A stretch of 64,000 nucleotides of DNA from Octopus sinensis (GCF_006345805.1 NC_043003.1:62496001-62560000), one strand, 5' to 3'; numbered from the stretch's first letter, positions 13,491-29,058 are shown. A program made the numbers and translations. The notes: a model not told the origin generated them from the sequence alone.

Positions 13491-16400
13491 AGCTGGCAGA
13501 AATGTTAGCATGCTGGGTGAAATGTTTGGTGGTATTTCATCTGCCATTATGTTCTGAGTTCAAATTCCACCAAAGTTGTCTTTGCCTTTCATCCTTTTGG
13601 GGAGTGATTAAATAAGTACCAGTTATGCACTGAGGTCGATGTAATCCACTTAATCCCTTTGTCTGTTCTTGTTTGTCCCCTCTATGTTTAGCCCCTTGTG
13701 GGCAATAAAGAAATAAATATTTATGGTTGCATCTTTTGGCTTTTGCATTCCACTTGCACTGATGCTGTTGATTTCCAAACCTGAACAACACTCATATATT
13801 TAACTCTAAATATATTGGATCTTTTACTCTCCTAATTAAAGCCATCACTCTTCCTCATCTCCAGGTTACTCATTATTGACATCCATCACTCTATTACCAT
13901 CCAACATCTCTACACATATCTACCACTTGCACCGTTTCCTTGCAGCAAACCTTATCTTTTGGCACTCTTGTCTCCCAGGCTGTTTTTTATTGACATCCAT
14001 CACTGTCTCTTATCATCTCTATGACAACCAATCACTTATTCTTTCTCTCTCACAAGCAAGCATCTTATCTCTTTTGTCAACACAAAGACATATGCTCATA
14101 TCCTTCACCCACTCTACATGTGGCTGATATTCAATTAAAATCCCCCACTGTTATAAATGCTAGACTTCACCATATCTGATGAGCTTCTCTGTTCACTCCA
14201 CATAAATAACAGCTAAAATAGCATCCTTAACTCTACTCTTACTTATCAGAATCAGAAACACTTCAGTACCAAACAGTTATTGACTCACTTCAAAGCACAA
14301 GACACGCAAGTGAGTATTGGTAGCTTATCTGCATGTGTGTTGCAGCTGTTATGCATATAAACTTTCTTGACCACATACAAAAGAAAACTGTCTCATTGAT
14401 TTGCAAAGACTCACTCATCGACACACCATGACTCTGACCCAAAGGCATTGCATCTCCTCTCTTTCTCTCTCTCTCTCTCTCTCTGTGCCTATTTTAAAAC
14501 TTCTTGTATAGTGTCTGCTCCTCTGAATTACTTGTTACATATCACCCTCATCCTTCATGACTGTATCCAGGCTCTACATTAACCATTATGTGCAAATTTT
14601 TACTTCCCTAAATGCCAGCCCTCTGCAATTTCCTCTCTTGCTATGTTCTTCCTATAAATATCATCTTACAGGTCTTGAAGTTGAACATAAATCACGTGAC
14701 CCTTCAGTATTCCTTTTCTCTCAACTATGCCCCAATATGTAAAATGGATTGTAGTGGTCTACTAGTGTGAAATGTACAGAGGATTCAGTAATGCTAGGTA
14801 GGGCTGAATAATGTTTACTGTCAGTACTTGAGGACTGGGAATAAGAAACATGCACAGACTTAGCTTTGTACTCACACTTGCATGTACGCATGCATGCATA
14901 CATGCTCACACACATACTCAAACGAATACACACGTAAATACTTTACAAATATATTAGGAACATTTCTTCAAGCAAGTGCTCTCTAAAATATAAATAAATT
15001 CCAATTTATTGGGTTATATGATAAACTATATTGCTTAAGCAAACTGATACTTGAAAACACAAATGATACATTTTTGAATTGGTCCTAATGTGCTTTGAGC
15101 AATTACCATCTATTATAGCCCCAGGTAACCCAAAGACTTGTTTATTTATTTATTTATTGAACATCACATTTATTGCTTATATATTAACTATCCTATAGAC
15201 TTGGGTTTTTATTCATTGCCAGAAACTATTTCAGCTCTGAACAGTTTTGGCAATATAGTGTACTCTACTTTTTAGAGTACCACACATAAATCTGGGTCAG
15301 TGATGCTGTTACAAACACCAAAACAGAAACGCCATTGAGTTGACTGCCAAATATGTTACAACCACTAGCACACTAACATACTGTTATCTTCTTTTACTTT
15401 CACTTTTACTTTTACAGCAGTTTCTACACTTCTGAGCCAGTACACTGTATAATACCATTAATCCAACCTGTTTAAGCTGTCTTTCCTCTAGTCCCTGTCC
15501 CACTGTTTTAACCAGCATATTGAACATTTCACTGAGCCCTTCTTCTCAGGACTGCAACCATTTGAAGCTAGTTTCCTGTAGTCAATCAGCTAGCAGCAAA
15601 TGCTGAGGTAATCTCTAGGAGAGATCAGCCAGCTCTCTCTCATTAGGTAATGTAGACTTGATACACTGGAAAGAAGATGAGTTTGTGGCTGACTTAGAGT
15701 TAAACGGCAACAGTCTGCAAAATTTCAATCTGAATATCTCCTGCCTTTGCCCTCCCAGTTTGAGTGTTTCATTTATTTACCTTTTATTTGTTTTGTGTAA
15801 TGCTTGGGTTTGTAGTTTTGCAAGCTGCATGGTGACCTCAATAATGCTGGTCGTATAAATAAAAGCACAGAGTACATGCTGTAAAGTAGTTGGCATTAGG
15901 AAGGGCATCCAACTGTAGAAACCATGCCAAGGCAAACACTGGAACTCAATGCAATCCTTGGGCCCTTTGGACCCTGCCAAACCATCCAAACCATGGGACA
16001 TGAACATTAAATGATGATAATGATTTCCATATATTAGGTAAAAAAAAAACTGTTAAAAATTTGAAATGTTGAAAGTATTTGTTTTTAAATAGAAAGGGAA
16101 GGTAATAAAGTTAATAGAAGATATGAGAAGGATAGTATTTTTCTATTTGCTTTGCCTCCCCACTCCTACCCATCACAATATGAGTTTGCTGAATCTTATC
16201 AGTTGAGCTTTTGGGCCACAAAAATCCATGTTGCTTTAGAAATATGTAAATAATTTTAAGTGAAGATGATAGGGGTTTTATTTATTTTTAGCTTCTGTAT
16301 CTGTTTATTGAGTAAGATGTGTAGTAACTTTCTCATTAGCACATAATGGATGATGTATCTTACAATAATTATCGTCTTCTTTAAGAGCATTGGATTGGCA

Positions 16401-19400
16401 AAATCATTAGAGTGTTGTACATGATATTTTATGGTGTTTATTCATGACCCTTTACATTCTGAGTTCAAATCCTGCCAAGGTCGACCTACTTTGCCTTTCA
16501 TCTTTCTGAGGTTGATAGAATAAAGTAGCAGTCAAACACTAGGGTTGATTTAATTGACTAAACTTCTTCAAACTTTGTAGTTTTGTGACAATATTTAGAA
16601 ATCAATAATTATTATGTATTTCATTATAGGTGACCTTCTCAATCTATATAAAACAATTGCCAGAATATCTTGCTTATACAACAAATCTTCAATGATTAAA
16701 AGGAAATTTCTAATATTGTTGATCCATCTAAAGTATGTTAGAATGAAGACACGTAATCTATATTGTGAAATAAAATGTCAATTTAATCAGATGGAAGATT
16801 GTTATTCACTTACATCATAAAGAAAATCATGTGGTGGACATTTAAATACCCTAAAAGATAAATACTTTTTAACATCCATGTACTGGGCTTATTTCAATTC
16901 TGATTAATTTTCTGCTAAATGAATCCTTGAAACTAAAATTTCGAAATGTCTTGCATTATTTAAAACAGGTTTAATACTTATGTAGCATTTTCATTTTTGT
17001 CATCTTATAATAGAAACTCTAGCAGTTTGTACACTTAATTGAACACAATTGAATTTCTAATTTAGAAAGAAATAACTATTTCTGTTCCTTTATTTAATTC
17101 TAAGCAGATTATGCTGACTGTAGAAAATAGCACATGCAACATATTGAAAGAATCTTTGAAATGAAGATTTCTCATATTCTATTTTTAAAACATTGTTCAG
17201 ATTTTCTAAACCCAACATAAGGTATTTTTAAAGCTGGCTATTTCTATTAATGGTTAAAATATGATCAAAATTTCTCATGATTTTCTAATGAATAGTTCAT
17301 TGATGACAACATTTTCAATAGTTAATTAAAATACTTTGTAGAATATCTTTGCTATCATTAGTGATATAAAATATCTAATGGGATACAGCAGATTTTAAGT
17401 ATAAGAGTAGATGAGCTTTAGATAACTCCAATTTCAAAGATCTTTTCTTAACAGTGTGACATTTTTTATACTTTTTATGATAAACTCATTTGTTGGAACA
17501 ATGATATTTGATGTATTCAAAGAATTAGCATTTGAAATTTTCATTGAATTGCTGGATACAAGAGGACAAAACAACACAACGGCTTGCATGTTACACATTA
17601 TTAATGGTTTATTATCATAAAGAAACAACTGACTGCACTGAAGAGCTAATCAACATATTATGCTAAAAACAATTCAAGTTCTAATAGAATTTTCATGTGA
17701 AATTTCTATTTTATTAACTATGGCAAACATTTTTTTCTTTTTGCTATAACTTTATATTCTAGCTTCATGCTAACGTAGGCTAGTTGTATCTGAAATTTTG
17801 GATACATACAAGTCTTGGGGCACACTAATTACAAGTGGATGTTTTTTCCAAATTTTTTATTCAGTTGTGAAGTGGAACTTTTTAACTGAATTAAAATTTT
17901 GAATACAACACATTGCCAGTGGCAAGATTGAAACTCATGGTTACTAACATTTAGCACTTTAGCTATTAAATCACAAAATTTCCATTCAATAATTACGTAT
18001 TTATAAGCTGGTCAAATCGTTAGCATGCTGGGCAAAATGCCAAACAGCATATCATCTAACTTTATGTTCTGAGTTTGCATTTCATTTAGGTTGACTTTGT
18101 CTTTCATCCTTTCAGGGTCGATGAAATAAGTATCAGTTAAGTGTGGTCCACTTACTCCCTCCAAGAAATTTCTGGCCTTGTGCCAAAATTTGAAACTAAT
18201 AATTATGTATTTATAAGGCAGTGAGCTAGCTGGCAGAATTGTTAGCATGCTGGGCAAAATGCTTAAATTCTGGTGAGGTTGACTTTGTCTTTCATTCTTT
18301 TGGGATTGATAAAATACTTACCAGCTGAGCACTGGGGTGAATGTAGAGGACTCACCCCCTTCATGAAATTGCTGGCCTTGTGCCAAAATTTGAAACCAGT
18401 AATTGTATATCTATAGTTCATAGAGGGCATTTGCACTGCAAATGAAGTTGAAAGGGGCTAAATAAAACTCTATGACAGGATACTTAGGACTAATATTTAC
18501 TATGCAAAAGAAAATTAAAAATAGCTATATTTGGAAAGAAGCAAAGTCACTTAACCATTACAGACACAAATTTTAGAAGCTGTGTGATGGTGGTAGCAGT
18601 GGTGGTGACAACAACAATAATGGAAAAATGTAGTCACGCAGCATTTTGATTTTATTTTTGAACACAAAAACTTTAATTATTTCTCACAGTTTTATATGTT
18701 TGAAATCACACAAACATTTATTTTCTGCTTGTTATGGTAATATTTTCAATGATTTCAAAATCTTCTGCAAAAATATTGAGAAATATCTCTTTTGTGGCTG
18801 TGTGTATGTGTGTTTAGGAAAAATCATGAAAGATGTAAGAGATTTTGTTTACAACAAAATGATATTTATAATATTGTATGAATCCTGATTATAGAGCTTT
18901 AGTACAACGAAGGCTGCTTTAGTGTGCTTCAGCAGTTTTTGATATGCTTATCACAAGGCAAAGTCAGATGTTTGCAAGAGATTTCCATCATGTATGGCTG
19001 GCTTGTTTAAATCTTATCAGATATTGAGATTTCTCAATACATTCTGCTCAATCCTAATACACTCCCACAGCAAAGCTATTGCTTGATTTTTACCAGCAGT
19101 GTACTTAAAAGAATAATTCTTCTTTTCAGAATAAAGGAAGTTTGAACAATAAACTAACTTAAAGGGTATACATTTATTTACAAATATCTATTGAGAAAAT
19201 ATATGATATTGATTTTTAGAACTGTTGTATCATTTCTACCATATTCGTTAAAATTTCTTTTGTGTGTTTGTGTGTGTATATGTATGTATGTATGTATGTA
19301 TGTATTTATGTATGTATGTATGTATAATCATACCTATATAACAAATACATATATCTGTTCAAATAACAAATACATGAATCTATTCAAAATGTTGAAGCAT

Positions 19401-19499
19401 TGTTTTTGATTAAATTTTGTTTTGATTATCAACTCTCAAAAATTATATGGTGGTGGGAGTGGATATGGGGAGGAGTTGCATGTATGTTTGTATAATTTT

Positions 19500-19566
<67 letters not shown>

Positions 19567-19682
19567 CGTATGTGTGTGTGTGTATATATATGTATATAAA
19601 TGTATGTATATATGTATGTGTTGTGTGTGTGTGTATATAAATGTATGTATATATGTATGTGCGTGCATGTGTTGTGTGTGTG

Positions 19683-19718
<36 letters not shown>

Positions 19719-19815
19719 ACACATGCATACACATACATTTATATACATATATATACACACACACACATACATACACACATATATATATATATATTGATTA
19801 TATGTATATATATCA
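19500..19815. repeat. Compound (TA)n/(TG)n/(CA)n microsatellite
   Basis: Directly visible; explains six YIYI/CVCV ORFs. Confidence 0.95.
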
Positions 19816-20639
19816 TCATCATCATTGTTTAATATCAATTTTTCCATGCTTGCATGGGTTGAAAGGAGTTTATTTGAGGTAGATTTTCTATGGCTGATGC
19901 CCTTCCTGTTACCAACCTTCACCTGTTTCCAGGCAAAGTAATATTTCTCCATGGCCAGATATGTTTTCGCAGAATATCAGAAATGAATGACACCGCTTGC
20001 TTGTGAGATGGTGTGCTGCAAAGAGGGAGGTGGCTTTATCTTAGGTGCTAAGGGGTTGAACTATGATTGAAGAGTCAGGAACATATTTATTGCTGTAGAT
20101 TACCTTGCATTATGTGCATGGGTAGAAGTAAATTGAGTGGAGCTAAAAAGTGAGTTAAAGATGGTGGTGATGAGTTGTCATCTGCAAGGTACAAGAAGGT
20201 GAACAGAAGAGAGTATTGGGACAGATGAGGAGGGGTGGGTGGAGAGAGGTTGCAAAACTGGGGAAGATTGAAAGAAAATTTGTGTCACAGGAAGACATGA
20301 GGATATTTATAGTTCTGCTCTTGTTTAATTTGAGCATCTGAATAATGCAGTGTGTGTGTGTGTATATCATCATCATCATCATCATCATCACTATACTCTC
20401 AGAGTGGTTGGTGTTAGGAAAGGCATCCAGCTGTAGAAACTCTGCGAGATCAGAATGGAGCCTGGTGCAGCCATTTTGTTCACAAGTCCTCAGTCAAATC
20501 GCCCAACCCATGCTAGCATGGAAAGCGGACAGTAAACGATGATAATGATGATGATGATGATGATGATGGTATATATATATAAATATATATATACACATAC
20601 ATACATGATGGTCATAGTTTCTTGTTGTCCAAAAAAGAC

Positions 20640-20900
20640 AGTTTTGCAATTTCTTGCTGAAATACTTGCACAAATGATTTGTTTATAGTGATCAAATGTA
20701 TGTGCTGTACATTAGCTCACTGCCTCCATTAGATCAACGTTACCTGAACAGGTGCACTGTGTAACACACGTCAAGTGTCAAAGTGATTGCACAGCAATGT
20801 GAGATGAATTATTTTGCTCATAAATACAACGCACCACCTAGTCCAAGAATTGAAACCACAATCTCATAATTCTGTGTGCAACACCCTAACCACTAAGCCT
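20640..20900 (-). mobile_element. Third tRNA-derived SINE family (also ~29330-29650- and 55620-55940-)
   Basis: Shared ...gtgtcttgctcaag...aattgaactca...ctaaccactaagcc end, the reverse complement of a tRNA-like head. Confidence 0.7.
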
Positions 20901-21344
20901 TGTACCCTCATACACACATACATATTTACATACATATACATACATACTTACATACACATACATACATACATACATACATACATACATACATACATACATA
21001 CATACATGCATACATACAAGCACACACAAAAATACATATATCTATATATAAATATACAGTCGTGTTTTATATAGACATAACTCCTAGAACAATTATTTTT
21101 AGAAAAATTCTGTAAGAACACAATACCCATGTAATTCCAAAGTCCTCCTTTTACTTTATTAAGTTTTTACTTTTTCTTATTGTGCTACTGTTGAGTACTC
21201 TTTCATAACTCAGATTCTTAAAATGAATTTATTGTCTTTCTGCACGAAACAATTATCTAGAGAACTGAATAAATATTTTATACCATATTAAAATATTTTT
21301 TAAAATATGACGGAATTTTTTGAACTTCGTTCTATAACTTAAGT

Positions 21345-21885
21345 AATATCTGTGTGAAAAAGTGCCACTCCCAAACAGTGGAAGGAATCCAGGGTAGAGG
21401 GAGACCCAGGAAGACATGGGATGAGGTGGTCAAGCGTGACCTTCGTATGTAAGGCCTCATAGTGGCAATGACAAAAGACGAAGACCTCTGGAGATATGCT
21501 GTGACTGAGAAGACTTGGCAAATAAATTGAGTTCACAGTTGTAACCTACACCAGTGTGACATAACCAGCCCACTCAAAAGTACCTTATATCGTAGGGCGA
21601 TATGCCATGCTTGAGGAGACTTATTGAGTCAAGTACATCAAAACCAAAATCAAATGGAAATTGTAGTTGTGATCCCTATGCCAGTGGCACGTAAAAAGCA
21701 CCCAGTACATTCTTGGAGTGTTTGGCATTAGGAAGTGCATCCAGCTGTAGAAACATTGCCAGATCAGACTGGAGCTTGGTGCAGCCTCCTGGCTTTCCAG
21801 ACCCCATTCAAACTGTCCAACCCATGCCAGCATGGAAAACGGACATTAAACAATTATGATGATGGTAATGATGATGATGATGATT
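21345..21885 (+). mobile_element. RTE LINE 3' end (ORF2 C-terminus plus 3'UTR plus (GAT)n)
   Basis: CVKKCHSQTVEGIQGRGRPRKTWDEVVKRDLRM*GLIVAMTKDEDLWRYAVTEKT followed by the ttggcattaggaag...ccatgccagcatggaaaacggac-gatgat tail. Confidence 0.9.
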
Positions 21886-21923
<38 letters not shown>

Positions 21924-23015
21924 GTTCATTCATTCATTCATTCATTCATTCATTTAACATTCATTTTTCCGTGCTCGCATTGCTTGGACAGGGACTTATT
22001 TGAAACAAATTTTTACAACCGGATTCCTTCCTTCTTTGGTTTTATTTTTTTCTTTCGGTTCAAGCACAAGATTTTCTTATATTCAAAAATGCTGGGCTAT
22101 CAGTTGTACAGTCAACTAGGAATGTAAACATCATATCATCATTTCACTCCAAAGTGTGTCAGTAACCCCTCCCCCATATGCACACACAGATGTTTTCCCA
22201 AACTCACTCACAAGACATTGGTCAACCTAAGGCTCTTGGAAGTAAGCAACAGAGACTGAACCTGAACACTTGTAGTTAAGAAGCAAAGCTCTTTGCTGCA
22301 CAGATGTAACTACAGCTGATTTATTCATCTAACCCCTGCTGGTATGGGAAGAGGAACATTGAATGAATATATATATATATGTATGTATGTGAGTCTGTGA
22401 TATACGTTGTGAAATAGCTTTTGTAAGAATAGGATGGTATTCCTCTCTCTCTCTCTGTAGCATTTTAATCAATCAAATATCTGATCGATTAAGTTGTACA
22501 CAAGTGTTGCATTGCAACATTTGGATGTATGCTATTCTATTTGAAATGTATGTAACTGATTTATCAAGAATAAATCTCCTTACTTTTGTGTTTTTCTATT
22601 ATACTCTGTGACTTTATACTAAATTCATTCAGTATTTGAACTTCAGATTGGACAGGTGGCAGAAAGTGAATTTACAACTATGTGGATTACTGTGGCATTC
22701 ACTGGCCAATTTAGTTAGCCAGATTTGAGGTTTGGTACCTCTTGAGTGCTTACAAAGTATTTGCCTGGATTCTTTAATCTCTTTTTCTTTCACTTCATGA
22801 GTAAAAAAGAGAGACAGAGACAGACAGTAAAAAGGAAAATGTCGCTTGAATTTGAAAACTATGGAAATATTTTTTTAATATTTCATTTAATTTTTCCACA
22901 ATTTAATTGCTTCCCATACTTTACTCTAAGTTGAAAAAATCGCAAAGACTGAAATCGGTACTAAAATGTTCATGATAAAATTATTTTAGCATTTTCTACT
23001 TTGTCTTATTTTCCT

Positions 23016-23062
<47 letters not shown>

Positions 23063-23902
23063 TGTATTAAAAGTCAGGGTACAAGATGCACCTGCCTGCT
23101 AGAAAGAAGAGTTAAATGTCTTCAAAGCCACACATCTCTCTCTATATATAAACACACACAGAGAATGTAGCCAATATACTAAAAAACAAACAGCCGTCCC
23201 CATTTGTAAAACTACAAAGAGGAGAGTAGATATTACAGTATCAATTCATTTCACTTTCTGTGCCAAATTGACATTAAAGCTCTCCAGCTAGACTCACTAT
23301 GTAAACTATTTTAAAAATTACATTTACCATTCCGTGCATGTCTGTTCATCTGAAGGCCCTGCAACTTCCAAACAAACCTTAGCGAGCAAGTATAGATTCA
23401 AAATTCAAATAAGTTATCATTGTCTTTAAAAAAATAATGATAAAGTGACCAGCAAACATAATCCATATTGGCACAGAAAGCAAAAGCAATTGATACTGGG
23501 AAATCTACCCTCGTCTTTGTAGTTTAACAACTGGGGGTGACTGTTTTTTTAATGTATTTGTTACATTCTCTGTGCATGTTTATATATAGTGAGAGATGTG
23601 TGGCTTTGGAGAGTTTTAACTCTTCTTTCTAACAAACAGAGGCATATTGTACTCTGACTTTTAATATATATTTTGCCTATTTCGATTATGTTTGCTGGCC
23701 ACTTTATCATTATTTTTTTTAAGATAATGATAAGTTATTTGAATTTTGAATATATATATATAAATTTATATATATAATAATAAAAGCTCTTTGCTAGAGT
23801 GGGCCATGGTGCCCCATATATGACTAAAAGACTTCACCAGGTGGTGCTATTAAGTTAGACATGGCCTGGGCCAATACTGGCCAAAACATATCAAAATTAA
23901 GT

Positions 23903-23965
<63 letters not shown>

Positions 23966-26439
23966 ACATACATGTGTAGCAATGCTGATGCTCCCTGCAT
24001 GAATTTTGTTTGTGGTTAAAGTGTCTTTTGTCTCTTATTTCCAGCAATGCTGGTGTTCCCTGCACCTTTCATCACTTTTAGTGATGGTGTATCATTTCAG
24101 TTTTGGTTTTAAATTGTGTGTAGCCACCCTAATTATTTTACACGCACCTATGAATATATATATATATACATACATAGATGTGTGAGTGTAAGAAAACAGA
24201 GACAGAGTTGTGAATAATGTGACAAGCTTTCTGGTGCTGCTACCATAACATGTACCAAGTACTCTCAGTGAAGTGGTTGGTGGTGGAAAGGACACAGTCA
24301 TAGAAGTCAAACGAAAGATGAAATATTTTTTTGAGATATTGTTCTCTCCCCCCTCTAGGTTAGTAGCATCTCCAGATAAGTGCTGTCTCAGAGTATGATG
24401 CAAAATATGGTGATGACGGTTACAGTGATAGGCACAAACACTCATAATGATGATACTGCCTGCAGAAACAAAGGAAATCATTCACATGAGGAACACTCAA
24501 TACATTGAATGTACAGGAGAATATTTATCACATTTATTTCACCTGTGAAGAATTACAGCCATAAGATTTCTTGTATTTATAAAAACATACATGTGTGTGT
24601 GTATGTGTGTGAAAATGTCTCAGCATGTATGTGCATGTTTATTTCTTACATGGTTAGAATGATTAAAATTTTTAAAGTATGGGAATAGATTTTTGTGATG
24701 TTTGTGAATTTTGTATAGCCATGAGTATCTTATATAAAGAGAAATGCTTATAAGCAAAATTTAAAATGAGATCCTTGTTTTCCTGCTGTTTGTTAAATCC
24801 CCATGGATATGTAAAAAGCCTCATATACTACATATTCAATGTAAATGCTATTAAAATCATCTGTGTTTTTGGAATCTACTGCAAAAATGATATGAAAGAT
24901 CAGATTTTGGATTTCTATTATAAATAAGGAAGAAAAATTCTTCTATGAATTGAATGAAAATAATTTTCTTTATTATTGAAAGTCTTTCCATCATCATCAT
25001 CGTTTAATGTTTGCTTTCAGACTCTTATTTTTTGTAACTTTATCAGAAATATAAACAGTATTGTGTTGTTCATTATCTTATTTCTTATAAATACATACTT
25101 TGTGCAATGAGCATATTCTGTGTTAAATAAATATTAAAGGTATATTTTCAGCAGAAATTATTTGATTATAATGCTTTGGATTTTTGCTTTCTTTTTGTGT
25201 AAATGACATACATGTAGTGAAAGTATCCACACTGAAATCCTTATGTATCTATACTCATAATAGTAGATGTTTATCTGCATACCTGTTGCCTCATGTGACA
25301 GAGTTTGACTGCATTGGATATATGAGAAATAACATTTTATTAGTGTTCAGAACGGTTGTTGATATATAATGAATCCAAAAAAAGAAGGGAAGTGATATTA
25401 CTACTGTTATATAATCTAAAGAATATTCTTTTCTACTCTAGACACAAGGACCAAAGTTTTTTTGGGGAGGGGGGCAGTCAGAATGCAACTGGTACTTGTT
25501 TTATCAACCCCAAAAGTATGAAAGGTAAATACGACTTTGGTGGAATTTGAACTCTGAGTGTAAAGATAGACAAAATACCACTAAGCATTTTGCCCGGGGT
25601 GCTAAAATTTCTGCCAGCTTGCCACCTTGTAACCCAAAGAATATTATTGGTTGACTGATCTTATATAGTATTATATAGAGAGCAGTTGTGCTTTTCATTA
25701 CTAAGGGTAATTTTAATATAAAAAATATTAAGATGATTTCTGTTTCTGGCTAGTGAATGCTAATGTTGAAATGAACATGATGATGAAAATGAAATCATTA
25801 ATCAACTTATAATTAATTGCACAGCTTCTAACATAAGAAACTGAAAGAACTGAACACTTGTCTTGCCATAATAAGACAAAAAATTTTGTTGAGTCTAATT
25901 CAAAGAACTGGGACCAAAATGTAGTAGACATCACTGATTAATACATAGGTGGATGACAAAACATTTAAACTGAAATTAAAAGTAATCTGTCACCTTTAAG
26001 GTAAATGGGAAAAAGAAGTTCCTAATAATTTAGCTTTAGATGAGAAAATGACTTTTCAAAATCTATTGTAATTTTTGAATTTGAATAAAATTAGAAACAT
26101 AAATACTTTAAAAATGTTAAAATAATAATTATTGGTACAATAAAAATATTACTTAAATCTTACAGAGCAATTTTTTTATACTAAGCGATTTGTGCAATAA
26201 ATATCTTTTATACTAAGATGTTTATATACTAAGATATTTATCTTTTACTTATTTAACTCATTCCACTGAGGCCATAATGAGGCACCATTTTGAAGTGATT
26301 AGTCAAACAAATTGACCTCAGTACTTAATTACGTCTGGTACTTATTCTATTGGGCACTTTTTGTTGAACTCCTAAGTAACAGGGATGTAGAAAGCCAACA
26401 TTTGATGTCAAGCAGCAGTGGGGAGAAACACAGCACATG

Positions 26440-26670
26440 CGAGCTGGCAGAAATGTTAGCACGCCAGGTGAAATGCTTAGGAGTATTTCGTCTGCCATTA
26501 CGTTCTGAGTTCAAATTTCACCGAGGTCGACTTTGTTTTTCATCCTTTTGGGGTCGATTAAATAAGTGCCAGTTACACACTGGGGTCAATATAATCGACT
26601 TAATCCGTTTGTCTGTCCTTGTTTGTCCCCTCTCTGTGTAGCCCCTTGTGGGCAGTAAAGAAATAAGAAA
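26440..26670 (+). mobile_element. tRNA-derived SINE family B. Other copies: ~13490-13720+, 16400-16600+, 18010-18400+ (two in tandem), 25430-25630-, 43460-43660-, 50980-51120-, 53655-53875-
   Basis: gagctggcagaaatgttagcacgc...ttctgagttcaaatt (B-box-like)...gtcgactttg...tttcatcc...agccccttgtgggcagtaaagaaataa, repeated across the window. Confidence 0.9.
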
Positions 26671-27351
26671 CACAGCACAAGCACACATGCACACACACTC
26701 ACACAACAAATTTCTTTCACTTTCTATTTCCCAAATCCACTCATAAGGCTTTGATCAGTCCAGACCTCTAGTTGAAGATTCTTGCTCAAAGTACCACATG
26801 GTGGGACTGAGCTTCAGGCCCCATCATTTGGAAGCAAGCTCCTTATCCATACAGTCATACCTGTATAGATAAGATTAAATATAATATAAGGTGAGCTTTC
26901 ATACATTTATGTTACTTCTTTACGTTTTGATTTTAACGATGATAGTAAAAAAAGGAATTAAATATATTACATCTTAGCAAAGCTTTATTTTACTATAGGA
27001 TCAAGATAAGAATTTGTATAAAAGTTAGATATCAATATGTGGCACCTTTGGCAGGTGTCTTCTACAGAAGCTTCCGGTTGACCAATGATTTCTTCATGAG
27101 TAGAACTTTAAAATTCTCAAGAAAAGCATTTTCATTTCAACAATGAAGATTGGCTTAACATTCAGATATATATTAGTTTTCTTATATTTTAACGCATTCA
27201 AACGTATACATATTGCGAATGTTCACAGATAACATCTTAGTTATTTAATACATTTCAGTAAACACCTGCATAATCGTACTCTCTTCTTTATTACTCATAA
27301 ATATTTCAATACAGTAAATATCTTCTGGGCTTAAAATGTCACTTTCTGCAG

Positions 27352-27390
27352 GTCTTTGTTATTGCATCACCATTAGTTGAAGCATTTGTG
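27352..27390 (+). CDS. Candidate 39-nt exon VFVIASPLVEAFV
   Basis: Acceptor actttctgcag, donor GTG|gtaagc; phase 0-0; the other two frames contain stops. Confidence 0.5.
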
Positions 27391-29058
27391 GTAAGCTCAA
27401 CCTGGTCTTGATATTAACAAATGTAATTTAAAATTTTATAGTAGTATTTTTGCTGTAATCTTTCTTTTGCCAATTATTCTTTCTATGAAACCACTCCTTT
27501 CAGTGTAGCAGCTGGCAATTGTGCTGACATACATAATAGAGACTCACTTAAAACTTTCTCTCCTTATATACTATTTTCTTACAATTCACCCAAATAAATA
27601 GCTACATTCATTCATTCTCCTATTACCAATCATCTTCAACACTGCATGATAATTTTTTTTCTTCAGTAACATTCCTAATTTGTTCAGTTTTCCTAGCCTA
27701 TCCTAAATAAATTAAGGAATCTGTATTTGTTTTCTCTAAAAACTTTTTTTTTGCAGTATCTTAGCTTCGATTTCCTATGCATTTATTTTGGAAGTAGAAT
27801 TATCATTGTAGTATTTTGCCAACTTTACTTAATATAATCTAGTCAAAAGATAGGTGCCAGACCATGATGTGTTTAATGAGTTATGAATAAACCTTATACT
27901 TATAAATGGACTTTTAATTAAAAACTAAAATTTCTTGACAGTACATAGGAAATAGTTACTTGATATCAATACATAGGAAGTCAGTTTTCTTATAAATATG
28001 TTTAAAATTTTTTTACCCCATTTTATGTTAAAGGCAATTTATAAGGTTTATAAGAAGTCATATATGTACAAAAGCAGATTAAAAAGAAGAAAATTTTAAG
28101 TAAAATCTCCAATTCTTTTTTACTTTAAATTCATTTTGTGTTTAAAAAAAGCTTCTTATTTGCTAGGTATTGGTTATTAATAATTAGGTATTATTATATT
28201 TTTGTAAGTAAATTTTGTTTTTTCAGCCAATTTTTCATCTATTTAATTTTTTTTTTATTGTGAAAGTCTTCTAGATTTAACAATATATTTAGTTGAATAA
28301 ACATTATACTTCCCTGCATAAATATGCTGTTTCTTCAAAAAAGGAAGTTCATGTTTTTGTTTGTTGGTTTATTTTTTCTATCTTTTACTCGGTTTCATAG
28401 CAGTGCCCCAGCACTGCTATGAAGGGTTTACTTGAACAAATCAACCCCAGTACCTATTTTAAAGTCCAGTTCTTATTCTCTTGGTCTCTGTTGCTAAATT
28501 GCTAAGTTATGGGGACATAAATAAACCAATGCTGGTTGTCAAGCAGCATCTGTGGGACAAATGCAAAATCACACACTAAAACATGTGTGCATACAAACAT
28601 GACAGGCTTCCATACAGTTTCTGTCAAATTCACTTGCAAAGTGCTGGACAACCTGGGCCTATAGTAGCAGACACTTGCTCAAGGTGTCATGTAGTGGGAC
28701 TAAACCCAAAACTGTGTAGTTGTAAAGTGAATTTCTTAACCACACAATCATGTTTGTACCTTGCCATACCTGTTTGTTTCATTTTTTTCATAAGTATTAT
28801 AAAAGAGATTGTACAATTTCATTGCCTTGTAGGTACATGGTATTTCATTGTGCAACCATAATATACTAATAAAGTATATTAAATGTTTTTATAAGTCATT
28901 ATCACGTCCTACTGTGTTAGCAGTGCTTTTTACATTATTTTGTTAAGGTTATTTCTTACAGATGTTCTACAGAAATTATAGCCAGCACTGATTTTTTGCT
29001 ACAATGTTTTATATCGAGACAGCAGATGTAAACAAACAATGTGATCAGAGACAAAAGT

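Noticed and set aside
19436-19952. Long YIYI/CVCV/HTHT ORFs here and at 20814-21130, 57943-58315 and 58674-59017
   Set aside because: Translations of (TA)n/(TG)n/(CA)n microsatellites.
9181-25310. Minus-strand exon candidates (xIFPITRVK near 9181, donors near 23327 and 25282, acceptor near 24450)
   Set aside because: Isolated, tiny and do not chain. The first overlaps a better + strand exon.
28962-29027. Exon candidate CSTEIIASTDFLLQCFISRQQ
   Set aside because: Falls inside the direct-repeat-bounded hammerhead unit, and its phase does not fit its neighbours.
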